64,000 bases of DNA, taken from NCBI RefSeq assembly GCF_009914755.1, contig NC_060925.1. The stretch is one strand, 5' to 3'. Shown here piece by piece: positions 52,917 through 64,000 of the stretch (the first letter of the stretch is position 1; every line of letters starts with the position of its first letter). The notes below the pieces were generated by a model. It did no database searches. It was not told the origin of the DNA and worked only from the letters and a program-made list of their open reading frames with translations. The translations under genes and the position numbers were made by a program. This DNA is from the human T2T-CHM13v2.0 reference genome, Homo sapiens.

Positions 52917-55900
52917 CTGGTGTTTAATAGAGCCTAGTTCAAATCCTGTCCCCACAGTATATTAACCATATGACCTTAGTCATTAGCCATGTGATCACTT
53001 TCCATGACTCAATTAATAGTCATTTCTAAATTGTAATAAGGTAACTTCAGCAAGATGGCTGACTAGAGGTGTCCAACGCACATCCCCTCCACAAAAAGTG
53101 ACCAAAACAATGAATAAACAACTACATTTTGACTAGAGTAACTAAAGGAGAGTGCTAGGGTACTCCAAGGGAATGGAAGAAAGTCTTTGGAGCACAGAAA
53201 CTCAGGATGGCTCTCCTGGTACCAGAGTTGCCACTATGCACCAACAGTCAAATTGTAGCAATGCCCCACTCCCCAAGGGCCTGAGCCTCTGGAACACTCT
53301 TCTTTCCTGGAGCCTTGCCCGTGTTGTGCCCAGATTTCCAGAAATAAAGTCACAGCTACAGCCCGGCCCTCTGGGCCTGAGCTACTGACAAGTGCCTCAG
53401 AGTCACAGTCTTCAGACTTGTAGGGGGGCTGTCTCCACTCATGCCTCAGAGAGTTAGCCTGTGCTGACATCAAAGGTGCCACAGTAGTTCAACAAGACAC
53501 TGAGCCCGGATCCAAAGCCACTCTGAGCACCTGTGCCCTGAAACACAGTACTGCTGTGGCTGCCTGTAGCGTGTATCAGACCCAACACAAAGAGGGATCC
53601 CTTCAGCTGTGTATTCTTACTGTGCGGAAAATGAGAACAGGAAGATTCTTAAAGCCCTTGCTACCAAGAACCCTAAGAACCTACCCTGCCACCAATACTG
53701 CCATAAACTCCTGCAGCCTAGACCACTGAGTCATTCAGAAATTGGAAATTTGGAAATTGAACAACATGCTTCTGAACAACCAATGGGTTGAATACAAAGT
53801 TATAGTTAGATAGGAGGAATAATTTCTAGCCTTCTATACCACTGTATGATGAGTATAGTCAAAAATAATATACTATATAGTTTCAAATAGCTAGGAGAAG
53901 GATATTGAATATTCTCAACATAAAGAAATGATAAGTGTTTAAGATGATCTATATGCTAATTATCGTGATCTGATCACTGTATGTATTGAAACATCACTAT
54001 GTATGCCATAAATATGTATTAATTAAAAATAAAAATATATTGAGATAAGCAACAATAAAAACACAACATATTGAAAACTATGGAATGCAGTAAAAGCAGT
54101 TCTGAGAGGGACGTTTATAGCAATAAATGCTATAAAATTTGGAATATTTCCTTTTTAATGTATTTATAATCCATTATATTATAATGTATTATATTATATA
54201 TTAATATATAATTATTATGTGTTAGTATATTAATTACATATTAATATAATTGTATATTAATTAATTGTATATTATTGATCTATTATATATTATCTTACAA
54301 TAAATATATAATACGTTGAAGATGAAATATCCCAAATAGATAGAATAACAGTGCATCTCAAGGGACTAAAATAAACCAAACTAAATACAAAGTTAGCAGA
54401 AGGAAGAATATAATGAAGATCAGAACATAAATAAATCAAATAGAGAACTAAAAAACATAGAAAAAAATCAATAAAACCTATAGTTTGTGATTTGAAAAAT
54501 TAAAAAAAATCTACAAACCCCTAGCTAAAATAATCAAGAAAAAGCTTCAAATAAGTAAAATCAGAAATGAAAGTGGAAACATAACAGAGGATGCCCCAGA
54601 AATAAAAATTATTGTAAGAAACTATTATGAGAAATTCTATGCTAACAAATTGGATAACATAGAGGAAATAAATTATCAGAAAAATATAATTATTATAGCA
54701 AGATTGAGTCATTAATAAATAGAAAGCATGACCAAATGAATAACAAATAAAGAAATTGGAGGAGTAATTATAAACCTCCCACCAAAGAAAACCCAGGAAT
54801 AGATAGCTTCATGGCTGAATTCTACCAATCACTCAAAGAATTATTACCAATACCTCTTAAACTCTTTTAGAAATTGGGAAATAGGGAATACTTCCAAACA
54901 CATTTTATGAGGCCAGCATTGCCTTGATACCTAAACCAGACAAAACAACACAAGAAAACCATAGGCCAATATCTCTGATGACATTGGCAGAAAAATTCTC
55001 AAAAATATTAGCAAATCAAATTCAATAATACGTCAAAAAGATTATATATCATGACCAAGTAGGATTTACTACTGATGTGCAGGCCTGGTTTCCTATATGC
55101 AAATCAATCAGTGTGACACATTACATTAAAAGAAAGAAAGATAAAAACCATGTGATTATCTTAATTAATGCAGAAAAAGCATTTGACAAAGTTCAGCATT
55201 CTTTCTTGAAAAAAATCACTAACAGTTTATGTGTAGAAGGAAAGTTCCGTACAATATAAGCGATTTATGAAAAACCTACAGCTAGCATAATCAACAGGGA
55301 ACAACTGAAAACTTTTTCACTAAAATCTAGTACAAGGCAAGGGTGCCTACTTTCAACCGTTCTATTCAACAAAATACTGGAAGTGCCAGAAAGAGCAATA
55401 AGACCAGAAAAAGAAAAAAAAAAGGCATCCAATTCAGAAAGGAAGTAAAATTATCTCTGTTTGTAAATGACATGATCCTATATGTAGAATCCCCAACCCC
55501 CAAAGATTTTATTTAAAAAACCTGTTAGAACTAGTGAATGAATTAAGTAAAGTTAAAGGATGCAAAATCAATATACAAAAAATTAGTAGCATTTCTATAC
55601 ACAAATAATGAGCTAGCTAAAAGCGAAATCAAGAAAAGTATTCATTTATAACACACTAAAAAACTTAAATGCTTGGGAATAAATTTAACCTAGGAAGTGA
55701 AAGATTTTTATACTGAAAACTATGAAACATTGATAAAAGAAATTGAAACAGATACAAATAAATGGAAAGATATTTTCATGGTTGGAAATAATTAATGTTG
55801 TTAAAATGTGCATTCTACTCAAAGCAGTATACAGAATTAATGCATTTAATTTGTTGATCACTTTGGATATTATGGACATTTAATTCCAATGGCGTACTTC

Positions 55901-56973
55901 ACAGAAATATAAAAACAATTCTAAATTTATACAGAACCATTAAAAAACCAAAATAGTGAAAGCAATACTGACAAGAAAAACAAAGTTGGAGGAAACACGT
56001 TTCTAATATATCAGAAAATGCAAAGCTATAGTAATCAAAACAATATTGTCCTGGTATACAAACAGAAATATAGAGTAATGAAATATATTAGAAAGCCCAG
56101 AAATGAATTCCAACATATATGCTCTACTACTTTTCAGCAGGGTCACCAAGAGGACACAATGCAGAAAGTATAGTCTCTTCAATAATTTATGTTGGTAAAA
56201 CTGGATTTCCATATGGAAAAAAATGAAATTGGCCACTTATCTTACACCCTAGACAAAAGTCAACTCAAAAGGGATAGAAGACCTAAATGTATGACCTGAA
56301 ATCATAAAACTCCTAGAAAAGACCACAGGAGAAAAGCTCCTTGACATTGGCCTTGGCAACAATTTTTCGAATATCACACTAAACCTCAGACTACAAAGAC
56401 AAATAAATAAATGGGACTACATCAAACTCAAAAGCAAGGGAAACAATTAACAAAATGAAAAGGCAACCCACAGACTGGGAAAAGGTTATTTTCAAATCAC
56501 ATACTTAAGAATGTGTTAATATTCAAAATTTGTAAGGAACTCCTAACAGCTCAATGAAAGACAAATGACCCAATTTAAAAGTGGGCAAACAGCTTGAACA
56601 AATATTTCTCTAAATAAAACATAAAAATGGCCAACAGATGTATGAAAAGGTGATCAACATCCTAATTATATGAGAAATGCAAATTAAAACCACTATGAGA
56701 TATCACCTTACACCTGTTAAGATGACCATTATAAAAAAGACAAGATTGGTATAACCATTACAGAAAATAGTATGAAGGTTCATACAAAAATTAAAAATAG
56801 AACTACCCTATGACCTAGCCACCTCTTTTCTGGGTATATATCCAAAGGAAATAAAATCACCACCTAGTAAAGATATCTGCACTCCCGAGTTCACTGCAGC
56901 ATTATTCAAAATTATCCAAGGTAGGAAATTAATCTAAGTGCCTGTTCATGGATGAATAGATAAGAAAAATGTG

Positions 56974-56980
56974 ATGCGCG

Positions 56981-57018
<38 letters not shown>
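56974..57018. repeat. (GC)7(AC)14 alternating purine-pyrimidine tract
   Basis: Read directly from the sequence. Confidence 0.95.
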
Positions 57019-57019
<1 letters not shown>

Positions 57020-57469
57020 ATATTATTCAACCTTAAAAAAGAAGATCCTGCCATTTGCCACAACATAAATGGACCTGAAGGACATTATGCTAAGTGAAAT
57101 AAGCCAGACACAGAAAGACAAATATTGCATTATCCCACTTATATGTGGACCTTTCTTATAAGGTCAAATATACAGACATAGAGAATAAAATAGTGGTTAT
57201 TGTGGGCAGCAGGGAGTTTGGGGTGGGAAGGAAATGGGAAGTCAAAGCTATAAAGTAACTGGTACATGGGATGAACAAGTCTAAAGATCTAAATGAGGAC
57301 TATAGTTAATTAAATTGGATTGTATTAGACATTTTTGTTAACTAAGTGAATTTTAGCTGCTCTTGTCACACAAAAAAATAACTACATGAGATGACAAATA
57401 CGTTAACTAGCTTCACTATAATTACTATTTTACCATCTGTATGTATCCCATAAGACCATGTTGTAGACC

Positions 57470-57766
<297 letters not shown>

Positions 57767-58094
57767 TCATGTTGTAGACCTCAAATATACACAATAAACT
57801 TTATTTTTTTTAAATGGTGGTAAGAACAACTGCCTCATTGTTTAGTAATGGGTAAATACAGGAAATAAACCAATTGTGAGTTTAGGGAAAATATGGCATC
57901 ATATTGCTGTGGGTATAAGGAGTTGGAACAATTTCCTTGCTTCCTTCCTTTCTTTATTCCTTCTTTACTTATTAAGAGTTATCTTCCACAATTTTTTTGA
58001 TAAAATAAGATTGTTTTATTGTTCTAATTGACCCAAGATGCCCCCTCTTCAAATATTACTTATATTTCTCGATTTTATTTCTCTATTTTAAAAA

Positions 58095-58340
58095 TAAACT
58101 TTTTAGTTTGGAATACCTTTAGATTTACAGAAAAAGTACAATGATTGTGAAGAGAATTTCTCAATGCCCTTTACCCAGTTTCCGTTACAGTTAATGTCTT
58201 TCTTAATCATGGCACTTTTCTCAAAACTAAGAGACTAACATTGGTACATTGCTATTAGTTAAAGTAGAGACTCTATTTGGATTCCACCAGTTTTCCACTA
58301 GTGTCATTTTTCTTTTCTAGGCTATCATATCACATCTGGT
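58095..58340 (-). mobile_element. L1MC-type 3' end, antisense
   Basis: ttagatttacagaaaaagtacaatga...ttacccagtttcc...ctaacattggtaca. Confidence 0.6.
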
Positions 58341-61300
58341 TATTTCTATTTTAAAAGAAAAATATCTTCAGAAAATATAAATCTTCAGAAAAATAAAAAC
58401 AAACTGATATCAATTTGTTTATAACACAATGATTTTCATAAATTAGGCAATTAAAATGACAAGAAATTAGAAAGTTTTGATTCCTAAATACCATTAATAC
58501 AACTGTATACTATGTGCGTAATGTCTGAATCGCCTTTTATATTTCTAAAATATTAGATAAAATAAGCAGAGCAAGCCCAGAAAATATATTTGTTTATTCA
58601 GCCAGGATTTTGTAAGGTAACCTTCAGGAGAGCTATGGTGTGCATTATAAATGCTATTGATTATGTAGAATCATTTCAGTCTTCAAATTTCACCTTCATT
58701 GGGATAAATGTTATGTTTTTCTTTTAATTTTTCTAACTACACGAGTACTAAAAATAATATATACCTTTTAATATTAGATCACAATTTGGCTTTAATTTCA
58801 TTTTTGGTACTTCAATACTGGGTGACATTGGTAAAGTTACTTAACTTCCTTTTGCTCAAATTTGCTCATATAAAAATTAACAGATTGATATAGATGGTCT
58901 CTAAGACTCAATTAATTCTAGAAATCCCCTGGATAGGTAGAGTCTGTGGTCCAGTGGGGTTAAATAATGCATCTAGGTAACTCAGCGAGTAAGTGGCCAG
59001 CTCTGAGACAAAATAAGGACTTAGGACTGCAAGGCCAGTGTGTTTTCTAACCTGTGGAGTCCTCCTTTGTGAAATACTCTAGGAATAAGAAACATACACG
59101 TAGCTCATTAGAGATGGAGAAACACATTTACTTGAAACATCAAAATGAGCTCTTGATTACTTGCTCTATTGCAGCAATTTTGCTTCATTTTCTCCAAGTT
59201 TTGAACTATTCTAATGGTTTTATTGTTGATAATGTTATTTCTATGGCTTGTTTTATTCCGAAAAAGCAAGCAAACTTCCATGAAACTAAAATACTTTTGG
59301 TCATTTGTGGCCTACAAGAAGACACCATATGACTACCTTTTTGGAAGGGGAAACTGAATACTGGAGAAAGTTAAAAGTGTGGACACCATCACCCAAGAGA
59401 CCACTGCTTTGCCACTGATGAGACGGCAAGTTTCTAAGTTTACTCCTGTGTAATTGCTAATACCTCTCTGCTGAGAATAGTTGTCTGGTCTCAGCACTCT
59501 AGTTGCAAAGCATTGCATGGTTAACTGCTTCTTATTTTCTCCCTGAAAGTAACATATGCAATAGTGAGGCACTCCTATTACTGACAAAACAAGAAACTAG
59601 CTGTGTTTTCAAATGCCCGTGGTCTTGACTCTCATTTTTCACAGAAGCAAATGAAGATCTAAATTCTGAGGTCTGTGGGGGATGCACTTGGGTTTCATTA
59701 GGGCTGATGTACAGAGGCATCCGTGCAATCTGTCTTTCTTATAAAGATGTGCAGTCCATCACAGGGCAATGGCACTAATGAGCCTTCCAAACAATCAGGA
59801 TCATACTTTTTAATAAGGATTGGAAAATGAGACCTGCAGTTTATTGCCTGTCAGAGAGGAAGAGGAATGTGAAAGATATACAAAGTCTTGCCTCTTGTAA
59901 ATTGGTACTTGCCTTTCTAAATGACATTTTTGCTAGCAAAGTATACAAAGATGCCTTAACAGGTACTGCAGAGAGCTGTATGGTCTGTTGGTTTGAAGCA
60001 AGTAATCATAAAAAATCTGAACTTGGGGTGGGATAAAGTGGGGTCAGGAGAAAGTGAAAACTTCTGTTGTTTTTTTTCTTTTTGCAGACTCCTTTATTGC
60101 CATATGAAACTATAATTTTGACTGCGAGAATGCTGCCAACATTTCAGGCATTCTGTAGAATCTGCCCACTATTTACTGGAATGAACCAGAGCCAACTTAA
60201 CCTGATAATTAATTGTTTATCAACAGACTGGAGCTTGATAAATACAGAGGTAAGGGGATACCCAGAAGTTAAGGGGTCATTTGTCCAGATGAAAAATAAC
60301 AGATCAGAGGGAACCACATTGCCAGTATCCAATTTCATCCTCATTATGAAGACAAGTTTTGATCTTAGCTTAAAAAATACTTTGGGCAAACTGTGCCAGA
60401 GAAATGTGATTTGGATGCCTAACATCTCATATAGTGGGCATGAGTTGTTCAATCTGACAAATGGAGAAGAATATTAAAAGAAGCAAACACAGAGTCAAAT
60501 TCCTTTAGAGATCAGGAACTAGCATTATGTCCATTTACTGATAATCAAAATACAGTTTTTGTAGCACAAAAAGTCCCTGAATGCTTCAGGGTAGCTCTAA
60601 CCAGTCCCAATTACTGATGTGCATTATACTTTAAGATGAGTTCCAGGGTTAGGAGTAAAAAGTTGGTATGTTTTTCTCTTCTATGCTGGGAAACATGAAA
60701 GAAAAAAATGTAGTATTTTGAGTAGGTTAAATATAAAATGCTTTTTACAATGAAATATTAAGCTAACCATCTCTTGTTTCTTTTCATCTGAGCATGATTT
60801 TAAAAGAGGATAATGTGATTATATTTTTGTATAGGAAGGAGTTGAATTTCTCAATAATCTTATGCTCAGCTTGATTGCTCTATTGATAAGAAAGGAGGAC
60901 TTGCGAATGTATATTTTATGAGTAATGCATTTATTAAGCACAGACTGTACATAATGCATTAGGTTTTATGTGAATTGCATTGGATTTGTCTTTCTTTTAG
61001 AGCATATTAAAATATTTAAAATACTTTACTGCCTCCATTATAACCCCTTTGTAGCTGGGGCCTTACTCCATGGTAATAGTGCTTTGGAATCTTTGATCAA
61101 GTTTTAAGATGCTGTGCAAGGGGGAAAAAGGTCACTATGGCATGCACAATCAATAATCAATGCTTCTAGTCTCCTTTTTCTATTTTTTTTTTTCACCTTA
61201 AGCAATGCTTTTTTTTTCTTGTGATCTTCTAGTCATTCAAGTTCACTGAGAGATATGTGAAGAAAGTAGAATGATTAGAAATTAAGAGTGGAGGAAATAA

Positions 61301-62589
61301 ACAGACCTAAAAATAGCTTGTAGAGGTAAAGTCAAATGTCTGACAGACAAAAGTAGTATCAAGCTTGATAGGGTGACATGTTCCCTGACAAAGTGAAGCA
61401 CCCTCTTGATTGTTCTTTGCTGAGCACAAACAAACTCCTACAGGCAACTGGAGTTGGCTTCCACAGCCAGCCTTAAAAAGGGGACCATTCTGGAAATTAA
61501 GTACCAGCCACCTGTTTTTCCTTAATAATTGCCTGCATATCAGCTAATATATTAGCTCTAATTTTGTTTTAAGTTTATTTCTAAGGATAAACCCTTTGGA
61601 GTTTTTCAGACTTTCATAAACTTCCAATTAAAATTTCCTGTATGTTTTCAAATCTGGCACCGCATTTGTCAGTTTTAGCATTAAGCTGACTACGCGGCTT
61701 TATTATCTGCAGCCTGAATAAGCCATATCCTTTAATCTAAATGGAATAATATGATTCATCCTTCCAATAAAAATTCTCAACTGTTTGGAGGTTTATCAAG
61801 GTATAGAGAAGAGTATTAGAGCCTTCGTTTAGATTACGTTTGCGTAACTAGAATGTGCAAAGCTTCCCTGATTTTTTTCCTGGCTTTTCTATTTATGAGA
61901 AGCATATTGCATATGAAGAAAGTTTAAAACAATTTAAAACAATCCAAATTACACTACAAATTTGGGTCAAGACTCCCAGCATCATCTCTTTGCTGAATTA
62001 AGTGATGTTGATGTCATCTTAGAATTACAATTTTCTGACTGATCTGACCCAAAGGTTTTGAAACATCATAAAATATCACATTACCCCAATATGATGTCTG
62101 TCATATACAATGTAATGTTGAGAAAGAGATGTCTAGAAAACATTGGTTCTCATTGTCAGACCCTGAGTCATTTCATTTGCCTGCCTCTCTTCTCTTCTCC
62201 CCTTTATTGCAGATTTTGAACAAGGTTGGCATTGTGTCTTCCTGTGCACAGAAAGATTTGATTGCCAGGGGAGACACATCACTGTGTCTCCATAAAAGAA
62301 AATATGCCAGCTGTTTCCATTACCATTTCCATATCAATGGCTTTTATCTGAATTCTTCTAATAATTGCCACTGTGGTAGAATATCAGACTGTTTATAGGT
62401 CTGCCTATTATGAGCACATTTTGAATGTTTTAAATTCCATGGGGGCCCAAACTGCCTGTTCTACTTACCATTATACAGCCATTGGAGGCATAGTTACTGG
62501 CACATGTATGCACTTAAGAAGTGTTTGTGGAAATGTGTGAATGAATGAATTATGTAGCTGTTCTTTGCCATATTTACTCAATCAGGGTA

Positions 62590-63215
62590 ATTGTATGGAG
62601 TAGACATCTCTGTTTCAGTTGCTGTGACTGCACCACAAACCTAAAGCTTAGTGATTTAAAACATCATGTATTTTGCTTACATCACAAAAACTGGCATTAT
62701 GGAGAGGGCTCTGTGAGGATATTTTATTTCTTTTTCACTCATCATGGCTGAGGGAGTTCATGGTTGAGGGCAAGAATCTTCTGAAAACTTCTGACTTACC
62801 TGTCTAGAGGTTTGACTCAAATGGCTGAGAGCTAGAACAACTGGAGATCCCTGGGCATTTCTATCTCAAAGTGGTCTCTGCTGCACCAAAACTTCATTAT
62901 AGCTAGACTTCTTACAAAGTGGTTCAGAACTTCAAAGTTGTATTTCAAGAAACAGATGGAAGCTGAATTGTATTTTGTAGCTTTGCCTTGACTGTTATCA
63001 CATCATTTAAATTCTGTACAGTATTACACATAACATCAGTTTAGCTCTGTACAGCATTTAAACATTATACTCTGTTGATGGAGGCAGTTACAAAAGTTCA
63101 TGCAAGATAAAGCAGAAGACACAGAGATCCCACTTCTCAGTGGAGGAGCATGACATTACATGGCAAGCAGGGCCACATATGAATGAGCAATCTTTGGAAA
63201 AATACAATCTGTTAT
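62590..63215 (-). mobile_element. MLT1 (H/G-type) LTR
   Basis: cacaaacctaaagcttagtgatttaaaaca...atctttggaaaaatacaatctg. Confidence 0.65.
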
Positions 63216-63805
63216 AATTCTCAACCTCATGTTATTATTTTACTTGGAGATCATACAAGGATTCTTAGAATTCCACAGATTCCTCCTTTTATTCTAGAAA
63301 TGGAAAAGCAGTAAAAGCTTAAGTGAATAATAATTTTATTTTCACAAGACAATTTTGGATACTAGCCAATGTGAATTTCTCATTTTATGTTTCTAGGGAG
63401 ATGCAAGATCATTTACATTTTATTAAAACCTTCAAATTTTAACTTTTGATAAATTTTAGCTTTTAGAAGAATGGATAAAATGGAATAAAAGCATTCATAT
63501 TCTATTTTATTATTATCTACAGAACATATTATATAAGAACATGAAATATAATAAATATCTGAAGAACATGACAATTTGATGGCAAACTTTGAAATCATTT
63601 CCTGCTATATTATTAATCAAGTTCTCATCCAATCCTTAAAAATATATCATAGTGCAGTGATAGTATGCATTGTTATTATACCCTTGGGCTTTAACACAGG
63701 TCAAATTGTACTCTACGGATAGTGCCTCTGGCCAGAAAAATAATCTTCAGCACAATTGTAGGATATAGAATGGCATTTGTCAAACTGTATTTAAAAGTAA
63801 TGTTT

Positions 63806-64000
63806 GGTAGCTCATTTCTGTAATCCCAGCATTTTGGGAGGCTGAGGTCGGGGGATCACTTGAGCCCAGGAGTTTGAGACCAGCTTGTGCAACATAGGGA
63901 GAGACCTCATCTCTACAAAAAATAAAAAATTAGCTAGACATGATGGTGTGTGCTTGTGGTTCCAGCTACTTGAGAGGCTCAAGTGGGAGGATCACTTGAA
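63806..64000 (+). mobile_element. AluJ, running off the window end
   Basis: ggatcacttgagcccaggagtttgagacc and gtgggaggatcacttga are AluJ diagnostics. Confidence 0.9.

Noticed and set aside
60050-60060. IRF/ISRE-like GAAAGTGAAAA
   Set aside because: A single short motif, expected by chance in AT-rich DNA and far from a promoter.

Overview
This is AT-rich mammalian DNA that I recognise from its proteins as human chr1p31.1. Bases 1-10.9 kb hold the 3' part of the interferon-stimulated gene IFI44 on the + strand: seven coding exons with GT-AG junctions in consistent phase, a stop at 10664-10666 and AATAAA at 10905. The remaining ~53 kb is intergenic and repeat-rich. It contains a decayed ERVL-class pol, interrupted by a MER1A transposon and a processed RPL23 pseudogene, plus several L1s, Alus, LTRs and DNA transposons. 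The main hunt result is a decayed, apparently intronless Mab21/cGAS-like (cGLR) nucleotidyltransferase reading frame on the - strand at ~27.05-28.55 kb. It is broken by stops, frameshifts and a twin-primed L1. Other results are a hairpin-scrambled patch at 16.8-17.1 kb, a tailless half-tRNA-Phe retrocopy, an internally deleted ~1 kb L1, two near-perfect tandem duplications, a perfect 25-bp inverted repeat in an IFI44 intron and a strong CTCF motif. Repeat subfamily names and protein homologies come from recalled consensus sequences; no searches were run.
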